A stretch of 64,000 nt of DNA, taken from positions 186,001-250,000 of IMG/VR virus record IMGVR_UViG_3300010158_000027, one strand, 5' to 3'. Numbering within the stretch: position 1 is the first letter of the stretch; every line of letters starts with the position of its first letter. Shown in pieces: positions 10,242-19,873 of the stretch. The position numbers and the translations under genes are program-made. The notes under the pieces were generated by a model that saw only the letters and a list, made by a program, of their open reading frames with translations, did not search any database and was not told where the DNA came from.

Positions 10242-12575
10242 ATGACAAAAGAAATCGATACTTCAAAGTTTGAAAACCCTTATATCCAAGTGGTTTGGGA
10301 AGATGTAAATGAGAATTTCACGCAAGACAGAATTAAAGGTGTAAAACATTATTTCCAAAAAAAATATAACACAACTAATGTTAATGTTATAACTAAGGTA
10401 AAAACTACACAGGGAGAGACTGAACAAACTATTGACGTATCGGTTAATATTATGGACACTAACTACCAAGTTGAGTTGTTAAAACAATACTTGAATGGTA
10501 AGGGGTATGATGACTATTTGGATTCCATTTTATCACATAATAACATGGTTGAGAATAAGATGCGAGAAAACGAAACGGAAACGACTATATTTAAAAAATG
10601 GTATATTAAAAATATTGAGTTTTCTAATTTCTTATCGTATGGTGAAAACCAAAAAATTGATTTTGAAAAGTGTAATGGGTTGACTGTTATTGAGTCCTCT
10701 CCCCCGAATTTTGGCGGAAAAACGGTCCTTTCGGTTGATCTTCTAATGTTTTTATTTTTTAATGAAACCACTAAGACGACTAAAGCTGAAGAAATCTTTA
10801 ATCGGTTTACTAACTTAGATACGGTATCTGTAAAGGGTGAAGTCACTATCGATGGGGAGGATTACATTATTGTTAGAAACATCGAAAGAAAGATGTCCAA
10901 AAAGGGTGAATGGAATGTGAAAACGGAATTGGACTTTTTCAAAAAAATGTCTGATGGTAGTTTACAAAATTTTACTGGGGAACAAAGAAGAGAAACCGAA
11001 AAATTCATTAAAGAGTCGATTGGAACTAAGGAAGATTTTTTAATGACGATACTAACAACATCAACAAATCTCGAAGACTTAATCGATGCAAAACCAACTG
11101 CAAGAGGACAAGTCTTATCGAGGTTTATGGGTCTTGAATTTTTAAAAAGAAAAGAGGAAGTTGCCAAGGCGATATACTCCGACTACTCAAAATCAATGTT
11201 ATCGAACATCTATAACACCGAACAGTTAAAAACGGATAACGAAAACAATGAATTAAAAATAACGGAATTAAAGGGTAATGTTGAAACCTTTAAGGTGGAA
11301 CTTCAAACTATCGAAGGTAACCTTATAAAGGGTAAAGAGTATCGTGACGATATGTTAGGAAAAAAACATACAGACATCGATGTTGAATTGAGTAGACTGG
11401 TACCTAGTGACGTTCAAAATGAGATATCAGGGTATGAATACCAGATTGAGCAAACCAATATCAAATCATCCGAATTAAAGGTTGTTGAACCAAAAGAATT
11501 TTATACTGAAGAGAATCACGATAAAGTAAAAGAAGAGTATAATATTGTCTTTAAAGATAAGATTCAGTTGGATACCATCATATCTGAAATTGAGAAATTA
11601 AAAAGTTCCGTTGATGGTGGGATTAAATGTGAGCACTGCGGAATTGATCTTATGAATGCGTCGATTACCCAATCTAAAATTTCTGAACTTGATGGTTATA
11701 ACAATCAAAGAGACCAAATTTCGGGGGTAATTACCAATTTAATGGTTAAAGAGCAAGGGTTCACGCAACTTAAAAAGGATTTCGATGAGTATGAAAAAAA
11801 CAAACTTATTAAAGAGAAATACGAAGCAACCATTGAAAATTATAACTTAAAAATTAATACCCTTAAAGGTAAGTTAACCGAGTACGATAAGATGTTGGAT
11901 AAAATTAAATCTAACGAACAAATCGATGGGCAGTTAATAAAGGCGGGAATGAGACTTGAGGAATTAGAAAGACAAAAGACACAAAAACAGAATCAAATAA
12001 GTAGTGATGAATACTCGGTTAAAACTTTAGAGGAAAAAATTAAAACCAATTTAGGTAACATTATTAAAATATCTGAAGAGCAAGAAAAAGAGAGAATACA
12101 TAAAATTTATTTGGAGGCTTACGGTAAAAATGGGATATCCAAAACCATCATGAAAACAATGATGCCATTAATCAATTCTGAACTTCAAAGACTTATGGAG
12201 GATAGTTCCTATTTTAAATTGGAAATAAGGATTTCAGATAAAAATGAGGTCGAATTCTTAATGATAGATAATGGTACGGGTGTTGAAAAATTAATGGTAT
12301 CTGGGTCGGGGTATGAAAGAACAATAGCGTCTTTAGCTTTAAGGTCGGTATTAAGTAAAGTATGTTCACTACCAAAACCTAACATCGTGGTGTTTGACGA
12401 AATATTCGGTAAAATATCTAATGATAATTTGGAAATGGTGTCCGAGTTTTTCATTAAGATTAAAGAGTATTTTGATAACATATTTTTGATTTCACATAAC
12501 CCGATGATTAACCAATGGGCGGATACGATAGTTAAAATCAAAAAAGAAGATAATATTTCACGAGTATATCAATAA
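10242..12575 (+). CDS. sbcC: Rad50/SbcC-like ABC ATPase with ~119-aa N-terminal extension
   Basis: NFLSYG, NFGGKT (Walker A), long coiled coil, CEHC zinc hook, SGSGYE signature variant, VVFDE, ISH. Confidence 0.9.
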   Translation: MTKEIDTSKFENPYIQVVWEDVNENFTQDRIKGVKHYFQKKYNTTNVNVITKVKTTQGETEQTIDVSVNIMDTNYQVELLKQYLNGKGYDDYLDSILSHNNMVENKMRENETETTIFKKWYIKNIEFSNFLSYGENQKIDFEKCNGLTVIESSPPNFGGKTVLSVDLLMFLFFNETTKTTKAEEIFNRFTNLDTVSVKGEVTIDGEDYIIVRNIERKMSKKGEWNVKTELDFFKKMSDGSLQNFTGEQRRETEKFIKESIGTKEDFLMTILTTSTNLEDLIDAKPTARGQVLSRFMGLEFLKRKEEVAKAIYSDYSKSMLSNIYNTEQLKTDNENNELKITELKGNVETFKVELQTIEGNLIKGKEYRDDMLGKKHTDIDVELSRLVPSDVQNEISGYEYQIEQTNIKSSELKVVEPKEFYTEENHDKVKEEYNIVFKDKIQLDTIISEIEKLKSSVDGGIKCEHCGIDLMNASITQSKISELDGYNNQRDQISGVITNLMVKEQGFTQLKKDFDEYEKNKLIKEKYEATIENYNLKINTLKGKLTEYDKMLDKIKSNEQIDGQLIKAGMRLEELERQKTQKQNQISSDEYSVKTLEEKIKTNLGNIIKISEEQEKERIHKIYLEAYGKNGISKTIMKTMMPLINSELQRLMEDSSYFKLEIRISDKNEVEFLMIDNGTGVEKLMVSGSGYERTIASLALRSVLSKVCSLPKPNIVVFDEIFGKISNDNLEMVSEFFIKIKEYFDNIFLISHNPMINQWADTIVKIKKEDNISRVYQ

Positions 12576-12614
12576 AGTCGTTATATTTGTAAAGCAATTA
12601 ATACTTAAAATGAT

Positions 12615-14120
12615 ATGGCAACAGTAACAGGACAAACAATAACTCAATTAACTTTATCGGTTAACGAAAAGGATGTTGAGAATAGTTACAGACAATATTT
12701 CACAAGAAAATTCTCAGATATGATTTTTACATCACCATTTTCCTGTGATGGATTAGGTGAATCAAAAAGTCAGAAAATTAGAGTATTGACAGAATTTAAA
12801 GATGAATTAAATCTTTTAAGTAAATCCAACCAAATAAAAGTTTTGGCTCAAACAGTTTATTATATAAAAAAGTTTGAACTTGCAGGGATAATGTTACCAA
12901 CAACCGTTTTTGTTGGTGATAGAAACGAATGTTTTGTTATTCACGCAAATGATTTATTTAAATACCTATCTATGGATTTGGATTGGAGTACTGCTCCGTC
13001 AAATGCTCACAAAAACTTGGTATTGGTGAATGAAATGATGTTGGACGAAAATATTAATCCACACATATTCTCAATTCATAATATTGACAAATGTATTGTA
13101 AAACTTAAAGATTTAACTGATGGTGTCACTAGATTAATACCGATTACACCGATTAATATTACTGAAGTATTTTCTTACTTTGAAAAAAATGTATTGGGTA
13201 AACATAGTTTGAATACAAACCAACTCGCTAATCTTTTTGTTCAGATTTTAATTAATCCTGACGATAATTACCTACATCCCGTTAAAAAAAGAAAAACTAT
13301 TGTAACAAAATCGTTTAATGAGGTACCGGTAAAAACGAAAGAATCGTTTAGTTCGTTTTTTAGTCACTTTTCCAATGAGTATAGTCCTACACAAAAAGAG
13401 GATCTTACCGCGGTTGTTGATAGGTTAATCGAAGATATTACAAGACGTAAACAAGGTGAATTTTTTACACCAGCATTATGGGCCAATAAAGCTCACGAAT
13501 ACATCGCTTCCGTATATGGTGAAGATTGGAAGGAGAAGTACGTTGTGTGGGATCCGGCTTGGGGTACGGGGAACTTAACACGTGGATATAAATTTAAGGA
13601 GTTGTATGTGTCCACGTTGAATTATTCGGATATTCAAACGGCCAATCAGATGGGGTATAATCCTGAAGCGGTTAAGTTTCAGTTTGATTTTTTAAATGAT
13701 GATTATGATTTTTTACCGAAGGGTTTGAGAGATGCGATTGAGGGTGGGAAGGGGATTATCGTCTTGATGAATCCACCTTATGGGTCTGTAAATGATTTCC
13801 AAAACATTAAACAAGACGGAGGACAATCTAAAAATAAAATTGAAGATACGGTAATTAAAACCCAAATGAATCAGGATCAAATGGGTCTTTGTGTTAAAAA
13901 TTTATATACCCAATTTATTTATCGTTTGAGTAAAATTGGGAATATTAATATATGTGTTTTTTCGCCACCTTTAATGTATTCTGGTATTGACTTCAAAATA
14001 TTTCGTGAAAAGGTTTTAAATAAATACGAATTTAAAGGTGGGTTCATTATGAATTCATCCCAATTTGCGGATGTAAAAAGTTGGGGATTAACATTTTCTG
14101 TTTTAAAAGTAAAGAAATAA
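12615..14120 (+). CDS. Fused restriction endonuclease / N6-adenine methyltransferase (Type IIG/IIB-like)
   Basis: N-terminal CDGL...LTEFK (D..ExK); GEFFTP, WDPAWGTGNL and NPPY methyltransferase motifs. Confidence 0.75.
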   Translation: MATVTGQTITQLTLSVNEKDVENSYRQYFTRKFSDMIFTSPFSCDGLGESKSQKIRVLTEFKDELNLLSKSNQIKVLAQTVYYIKKFELAGIMLPTTVFVGDRNECFVIHANDLFKYLSMDLDWSTAPSNAHKNLVLVNEMMLDENINPHIFSIHNIDKCIVKLKDLTDGVTRLIPITPINITEVFSYFEKNVLGKHSLNTNQLANLFVQILINPDDNYLHPVKKRKTIVTKSFNEVPVKTKESFSSFFSHFSNEYSPTQKEDLTAVVDRLIEDITRRKQGEFFTPALWANKAHEYIASVYGEDWKEKYVVWDPAWGTGNLTRGYKFKELYVSTLNYSDIQTANQMGYNPEAVKFQFDFLNDDYDFLPKGLRDAIEGGKGIIVLMNPPYGSVNDFQNIKQDGGQSKNKIEDTVIKTQMNQDQMGLCVKNLYTQFIYRLSKIGNINICVFSPPLMYSGIDFKIFREKVLNKYEFKGGFIMNSSQFADVKSWGLTFSVLKVKK

Positions 14121-14122
14121 TT

Positions 14123-15049
14123 ATGGAATATAAATTTGACATATTAGAATCAAAACCAATCACTAATGAGATTATAAAAAATGGTGATAAAAAAATATAT
14201 AATGTTGATGGGAATATTACCGCATCAACATGGGTTAGACAAGAAATAAAAGGTAAAAAGTGTAACCTTGACCACCCAAAGTTAAGTTCTGCGCTATCAG
14301 TTAAACAAAGTGGGTATAGTAAACTATGTGAAGGGTCATTTGGGTATTTTTATAATAACGGAAATAATGTTTATTATAACGGAACAAATGTTAGTATGTT
14401 TACGTCTTGTTTTAGTGGGAAATCGGGGTTACCGATAATACCTGAAAATTTTATTAAAGTTAGTTCTATGTTTTCGGCTCGTAAATTAATTGAGACTAAC
14501 TGGATTAACTGTAAAGACGAATACTTAGCACCAAACGAAGAACACGAACAATACCACCAATTCACGAATGACAGTGTTGTATATTCATTATTTAATAACT
14601 CAAGTCAACAATCCAGCCTTCGTCAAATCACATATAAAGGACAACTATGGGACATTAAAAACGAATTTTTTTGGATGTCAAAAGAAGAAATGACGGAACT
14701 CGCAAATAACAACAACTATAATGAGTTATATGGTGACGCAAGAACTGACAAAAATAGATACGTTCACACCCTACTATTCGGTGAACAAAACATATACGAA
14801 CGACTATCACCTGACGCTAAAATAGTGTTAGATAAGGCGACAGAACTTGTTAGAATGTCAATGACAATGAGAAGTCACTTCGCTGACGATCATAACCACC
14901 TTAATAGTTGGGATGCTGGTTACGCACAACTTAAATTGGTATGGAAAGAGTATTTCCCAGAAGAATTTAAAGAATTTAGACAATTATATAAAAATTTGGA
15001 AAATAGAATGAGACCTTTAGTTTATGAACTTGGATTTTTATTAAAATAA
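14123..15049 (+). CDS. Probable specificity/target-recognition subunit of the adjacent R-M protein
   Basis: Starts 2 nt after the MTase stop; position matches the C-terminal TRD of IIG enzymes. Confidence 0.45.
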   Translation: MEYKFDILESKPITNEIIKNGDKKIYNVDGNITASTWVRQEIKGKKCNLDHPKLSSALSVKQSGYSKLCEGSFGYFYNNGNNVYYNGTNVSMFTSCFSGKSGLPIIPENFIKVSSMFSARKLIETNWINCKDEYLAPNEEHEQYHQFTNDSVVYSLFNNSSQQSSLRQITYKGQLWDIKNEFFWMSKEEMTELANNNNYNELYGDARTDKNRYVHTLLFGEQNIYERLSPDAKIVLDKATELVRMSMTMRSHFADDHNHLNSWDAGYAQLKLVWKEYFPEEFKEFRQLYKNLENRMRPLVYELGFLLK

Positions 15050-15198
15050 TACGTGGGAAATACTAAAAAAGTGTATATATTTGTGTCACACTTTTAAAAC
15101 GAAAAAACAATAAAAAGGATTAATAAAATATTTATTTATAGAATATGTTTGGGATTGGGGAAAAAATATATAACTTTGTAGTATATCTAAAAAACAAA

Positions 15199-15792
15199 AT
15201 GGCGAGAAGCAGAAAACCAAAAAAGAATCCATCATATATGTTATTCATATATGGAGATTTTAGTGAATCTGAGAACTTAATACAAGAATTGTCAGGTCAG
15301 ATGTTAACGTTAGTTAGTTCACCATTTTTAAAGTACACGTATGGTGAGTTCGGTGTAGTATTTCACTTTAGGAGTGACGAATTATTTTCAGAGTTAAAGG
15401 AATATGTTGACATGGTATTAAATGATATTACTGATCAGTATTTCTTAATAGAAACCACCCCAAGTGGTGTAGATATTAAAATGACGAAAAAATTAAAAAA
15501 AGATTTTTTAAACGTTGATGATGACGCAAAAAAAGAAGAAACAAAAACAGGAGAAATAAATATAGAATTAAAATTAAACGAAAGAAGAGAAGAATTGAGA
15601 AATTTTACGTTTGAGTTCCTAAATCCAGAGGACTTTGGGATTATAGATCAAACGGATAAAATGATTAAAATTGTGGAACCCACAGTAGACGAGATATTAG
15701 AGAAAATTACAGAGGAAGGAATAGAATCATTAACAGAAACAGAAAAAGAAATACTAGACAATTATGGGAAGAGAAAAAATGGAGGGAATTAA
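15199..15792 (+). CDS. Hypothetical protein with DUF6576-like C-terminal motif
   Basis: VDEILEKITEEGIESLTETEKEIL resembles the Bacteroidota DUF6576 helix pair. Confidence 0.55.
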   Translation: MARSRKPKKNPSYMLFIYGDFSESENLIQELSGQMLTLVSSPFLKYTYGEFGVVFHFRSDELFSELKEYVDMVLNDITDQYFLIETTPSGVDIKMTKKLKKDFLNVDDDAKKEETKTGEINIELKLNERREELRNFTFEFLNPEDFGIIDQTDKMIKIVEPTVDEILEKITEEGIESLTETEKEILDNYGKRKNGGN

Positions 15793-15793
15793 A

Positions 15794-16582
15794 ATGTCAA
15801 ATCCTTTAAACCAAGACGAGATTCAAATTTACTTAAAAGACATCAGAAAATTAAAAGTTATGACACCTGAAAGAGAAAAGGTGTTAGCCGTTAAGATGAT
15901 GGGTGAAGATTGTTCAGAAAGAGAAAAGGAACTTGTCCATAAGGAACTATTGGAAGGTAATCTAAGATTTGTTATCACTGTGGCGAAGCAATATCAGAAT
16001 CAAGGGGTGGATTTATCTGATTTGATTGCTGAGGGGAACTTTGGACTTATGAAGGCGATTAAAAATTTTGATTGGAGTAAAAATAACAGGTTCATATCAT
16101 ACGCGGTTTGGTGGATTAAACAATCGATTCTACAGTCTCTGAACGATAATTCAAGAACAATAAGATTACCGGTGAACGTAATACAAGAAATGCAAAAAGA
16201 AAAAAAGGCAAACGAGAAAACTCATAATGATCTTTCAGACAAATTTGCAACACTACCAAAAATAATTGATTTGGATATGCACATAAACGAAGATGGGGAC
16301 ACATTGGTTGACATAATAAAAAACGAAAATGTGGAATCACCCGACGAGATATTCTCAACCAAAGACGCCCTGAAACAAAAGATGATTAATATAATGTCAG
16401 TTTTGGATGAAAGAGAACGAGCAATAGTTGAAGACTACTACGGCATCACTGGAACACCAAGAACATTGGAGGACATTGGAACTGATTTTTCTTTAACAAA
16501 AGAACGTGTAAGACAGATTAAAGAAAAAGCACTTCGTAAGTTAAGAAACGAATGTTCAGATTTATTTGAATATTTAGGATAA
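15794..16582 (+). CDS. Sigma70-family factor, Bacteroidota RpoD-like, with shortened region 3
   Basis: Region 1.2 YLKDI; region 2 NLRFVITVAKQY..DLIAEGNFGL..RFISYAVWWIKQSI; region 4 TLEDIG..FSLTKERVRQIKEKAL. Confidence 0.92.
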   Translation: MSNPLNQDEIQIYLKDIRKLKVMTPEREKVLAVKMMGEDCSEREKELVHKELLEGNLRFVITVAKQYQNQGVDLSDLIAEGNFGLMKAIKNFDWSKNNRFISYAVWWIKQSILQSLNDNSRTIRLPVNVIQEMQKEKKANEKTHNDLSDKFATLPKIIDLDMHINEDGDTLVDIIKNENVESPDEIFSTKDALKQKMINIMSVLDERERAIVEDYYGITGTPRTLEDIGTDFSLTKERVRQIKEKALRKLRNECSDLFEYLG

Positions 16583-16586
16583 AATG

Positions 16587-16618
16587 TTTGGTGGATTAAT
16601 ATATTCGCCATATATTTG
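16587..16618 (+). promoter_or_regulatory. Bacteroidota-type promoter TTTG-N20-TATATTTG
   Basis: Matches the -33/-7 consensus. Confidence 0.75.
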
Positions 16619-16619
16619 T

Positions 16620-16760
16620 AAGACAAACAAAAAGGGTTGAACCGAGATTACCCTTATAACTCGGCGGGATGGGACACGAAGAGCCCTGGGTGAAAATCCT
16701 CAATCTTACTCGAGCGGTAAGATGAAACTACACTCCCCCATTGGTACCAGTGGGGGTTTT
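16620..16760 (+). ncRNA. Candidate stand-alone small RNA with H-type pseudoknot
   Basis: Own promoter and terminator, no convincing ORF; AAGGGT/ACCCTT crossed by CCGAG/CTCGG; GGGT-GAAA-ATCC; ATCTTAC/GTAAGAT. Confidence 0.6.
16735..16760 (+). terminator. Intrinsic terminator
   Basis: CCCCCATTGG-TA-CCAGTGGGGG followed by TTTT. Confidence 0.8.
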
Positions 16761-16764
16761 ATTT

Positions 16765-17172
16765 TTATACCGAAATTACTATCTGATCACGACCAACAAA
16801 AAAGTCATCCGATTTCATAACCGTTTTAACGAAAATGTTAAACTCATATGGTGATACCTCCTCCAAAATTACGGGGATATTAAGTGACGTGGATTTTTCT
16901 TTAATGATAAATTCAACACCATCATAAAGTTCACCAATAACTATATATTGGACGATAGTGTCTTTTGATTTCTCAACTGCACTTAAAATATCATAATCCC
17001 TAATAGGATCACCCTGGTGTCTATTTTTTCTATGTTCGGCATGTGATTTCATACCTTGAACTGCACCACGTTTATACCCCAAATTAAAAATTATGGTAAG
17101 GTTCGCCCTTATCTGTGCAATCTTTTTTTCTAGTAATAAATTTTTCAGTATACTCTCTCTTAATGATGTCAT
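16765..17172 (-). CDS. Hypothetical protein (leader ending LLLE)
   Basis: 135-aa ORF filling the gap; divergent from 17221. Confidence 0.65.
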   Translation of the reverse strand: MTSLRESILKNLLLEKKIAQIRANLTIIFNLGYKRGAVQGMKSHAEHRKNRHQGDPIRDYDILSAVEKSKDTIVQYIVIGELYDGVEFIIKEKSTSLNIPVILEEVSPYEFNIFVKTVMKSDDFFVGRDQIVISV

Positions 17173-17220
17173 TGTTACATTACCTTTATTATAAGTATTT
17201 ATTAATTATAGTTTAATATT

Positions 17221-18417
17221 ATGAAAGAGAAATTTTTACCTTGGTTTTTATTGTTTTGTGCTTTAGGACTGTCAGGAACTGCCGCGTATTATAGTGTTGT
17301 CGGGTTGTCTATAGTGTTTGTTGGGGTGGCGTTACCCGTAATAATAATGGGATCATTCCTTGAAATATCCAAGATTGCAATTGCCACGTATCTCCACGAT
17401 AAGTGGAAAGACACGTACGGAGCGTTAAAGATATATCTAACACTTGCCCTTGTGACGTTATCACTTATCACCTCATTTGGGATTTATGGGTTATTGAGTA
17501 CGGGATTCCAAGGGAATATCGCAAAACTCGAAATCAATGAAAAGAAAGTTAAAAATGTTGAGGTTAAAAAGAAACGTTTTGAGGAGGTAAAGGTGGAACT
17601 AACTGGTGAGAAAAACACATTAGATAGCGACATTACCAAATTAAGAGATGGGTTATCTAATAACACCACCACACAATCTGTTGATAGAAAAACGGGACAG
17701 ATTGTAACAAAGGCAAATAAAGATAATAGACGTTCATTTGAAACCCAACTATTACAAGCCCAAGTAAGACGAGACACATTAGCCAAAAGAATTGATAACA
17801 TGAATGATAGTATCACTAATCTTGATGTTAGTATTTTAAATATGGAATCTGAAGAAATCTCTGGTAGTGAATTGGGAGCATTGAAATATGTTAGTGAATT
17901 ACTTGGTTGGGACATTAAAAAAACTGCAAATCTCTTTATAATGATTCTAATATTTGTGTTTGATCCATTGGCGATAACGTTAGTGATTGCCACAAATCAG
18001 GCGTTTAAGAAAAAAAAGAATCGAGATAATACCGACCAAGTTACCGAGCAAGTTGAACCAATCATCATTGAAAAAATAGTTGAGGTACCTGTTGAAGTTA
18101 TTAAGGAGGTTGAAAAAATTGTTGAGGTTGAAAAAATAGTTGAAGTTGAAAAGATAGTCGAAGTTGAAAAGATTGTTGAAGTTGAAAAGATTGTTGAAGT
18201 AATTAAAGAAATTGAAAAGATTGTTGAAGTACCAGTAAAAAAAGATGTCCTACCGATAGAGGAATATTTTGAAAGAGATGATTACCACAAAACGGATAAT
18301 ATCGAAAAGAACCCAATTGAAGACAATATCAACGAAGTGATAATACAACCGAAGAGGTTATCTTATTCAAATAGAAATAGTAATGACGGAAAATCTATAC
18401 GTATTAACAGATTTTAA
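17221..18417 (+). CDS. Membrane protein with coiled coil and VEKIVE repeats
   Basis: N-terminal TM helices, coiled coil, a further TM, then repeats. Confidence 0.75.
   Translation: MKEKFLPWFLLFCALGLSGTAAYYSVVGLSIVFVGVALPVIIMGSFLEISKIAIATYLHDKWKDTYGALKIYLTLALVTLSLITSFGIYGLLSTGFQGNIAKLEINEKKVKNVEVKKKRFEEVKVELTGEKNTLDSDITKLRDGLSNNTTTQSVDRKTGQIVTKANKDNRRSFETQLLQAQVRRDTLAKRIDNMNDSITNLDVSILNMESEEISGSELGALKYVSELLGWDIKKTANLFIMILIFVFDPLAITLVIATNQAFKKKKNRDNTDQVTEQVEPIIIEKIVEVPVEVIKEVEKIVEVEKIVEVEKIVEVEKIVEVEKIVEVIKEIEKIVEVPVKKDVLPIEEYFERDDYHKTDNIEKNPIEDNINEVIIQPKRLSYSNRNSNDGKSIRINRF
18068..18232 (+). repeat. Degenerate 18-bp tandem repeat (GTTGAAAA(A/G)AT(T/A)GTTGA(A/G)) encoding VEKIVE
   Basis: Directly visible, at least 5 consecutive units. 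Confidence 0.85.
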
Positions 18418-18982
18418 CCCAATCGGGACATCTGATAAAAAAACAAGAATAATCCTTACCGAAACAAAAAGGGACTATAGAAATTATATCCGATCGTTAA
18501 AGTATCGGTATAATAAAAAAAACCCATATTTACCAAATTATGTTATAACTAAAGAGGGTGGGATTTACAACATCATGCCCCCTGACAATTATTCAAACTA
18601 TATGGATGATGAGGAGATAAATAAAACGTCGATTATTATTTCTTTGGAGAATTTAGGGTGGTTAAAAAAAAATGCACTTTCAGATACGTATGTTAACTGG
18701 ATTGGTGATATTTATAAGGGAAAGGTGTTTGAGAAAAAATGGAGAGACTATTTTTTTTGGGAACCCTATAATGAAGAACAGATTATTGCTTTATCAAAAT
18801 TAATAATTGAACTTTGTGATAAATTTAATATCCCTAAAAAAACTTTAGGGAACAATGTCAAGTATGACGGAGTTGAAAATTTTAAAGGAGTGGTTACCAA
18901 AAGTAACTTCGATTTTATTTATAAAGATACGAACCCATCATTTGACTTTAAACTTTTAAATGAATTATTAGAAAATGACTAA
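18383..18982 (+). CDS. Amidase_2-fold protein lacking the usual Zn-binding histidines
   Basis: Overall pattern (NYVITKEGGIY, SIIISLEN, YNEEQIIAL..LI..LC, KDTNPSFDF), but IILTET and VVTKSN stand where His motifs are expected. Confidence 0.6.
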   Translation: MTENLYVLTDFNPIGTSDKKTRIILTETKRDYRNYIRSLKYRYNKKNPYLPNYVITKEGGIYNIMPPDNYSNYMDDEEINKTSIIISLENLGWLKKNALSDTYVNWIGDIYKGKVFEKKWRDYFFWEPYNEEQIIALSKLIIELCDKFNIPKKTLGNNVKYDGVENFKGVVTKSNFDFIYKDTNPSFDFKLLNELLEND

Positions 18983-19517
18983 CGAATACGACGAATTAAA
19001 ATCTCTTTTAAAGAAAACGAGAATATTAATGGAACAATCCACCATTAATAATATGGCTAAAAGTATTGAGAACAATATAGACTCAGACGTGGAGAAAGCT
19101 GAAATTGATACTGATGACGTTAAAAAAGATAAATCTAAAACGTATCGTATATCTGGTGGACTCTTAACTCTTCATGGTAAAGATAAAAGTGATTTAGAAT
19201 TAACAACAGAGGAAAAAACATGTTATCAGGAAACGATGGATGAGTTCGTTTCCGATGTATCTGATTTATCTGATTTTGGGGTTCTAAAGGTATACCATAA
19301 CGAAGTACAATGGAGTGGTAAGGTTATTGATTTTGATTTGGAGTTTTTCTTTTCTATAGGAGAAAACAATGGGGTGTACGTTAATGGAGACATGATTAAA
19401 TTGGACGATAAATTAACTGAGTTGATTACCAAACTAACCTCTTTTTATGAAAAATTTAAAACAAAGTGGGCTAAAGTGATATCACTAAGAAGAAAATCAA
19501 TAACTACAGAAAACTAG
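18975..19517 (+). CDS. Hypothetical protein
   Basis: In operon. Confidence 0.65.
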   Translation: MTNEYDELKSLLKKTRILMEQSTINNMAKSIENNIDSDVEKAEIDTDDVKKDKSKTYRISGGLLTLHGKDKSDLELTTEEKTCYQETMDEFVSDVSDLSDFGVLKVYHNEVQWSGKVIDFDLEFFFSIGENNGVYVNGDMIKLDDKLTELITKLTSFYEKFKTKWAKVISLRRKSITTEN

Positions 19518-19518
19518 A

Positions 19519-19872
19519 ATGAAAGATTTTATAACATATAATTTTAAAAATATATTAATAGTTATTGGGTTTCTGTTACTATTATTTTTTTTAGTTAGAA
19601 TTTTTAGTAAAACGAATGATAATTCAGAGTTAGTAAAATACAAATTAGAAAAATTAGACGAGGAAATTGGTAAGGTTAAAGAACTGCAAAAAGAATTTAG
19701 GGATTCGATTAGTAGTTACAAAAAGGATATCAAAAAAATTGACGAGAATATAACTAACATTAAAATGCAAAGAAACGTAACAAATAATTATTACGATAAA
19801 AAAATAGACGAACTTAAAATGTTGGACGCTAAAAAAGTTGATAGTCTATTAAGAAAACGATACAACTATTAA
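19519..19872 (+). CDS. N-terminally anchored coiled-coil membrane protein (spanin-like)
   Basis: One TM helix then heptads. Confidence 0.5.
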   Translation: MKDFITYNFKNILIVIGFLLLLFFLVRIFSKTNDNSELVKYKLEKLDEEIGKVKELQKEFRDSISSYKKDIKKIDENITNIKMQRNVTNNYYDKKIDELKMLDAKKVDSLLRKRYNY

Positions 19873-19873
19873 T

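Noticed and set aside
14081-14122. Programmed frameshift joining the two R-M ORFs
   Set aside because: A clean TAA-TT-ATG junction explains it and no convincing slippery site plus stimulator was seen; cannot be fully excluded without homologues.
16632-16664. preQ1-I or pistol assignment for the pseudoknot
   Set aside because: Lacks the A-rich tail and conserved ligand or catalytic nucleotides, and no gene lies downstream to regulate.
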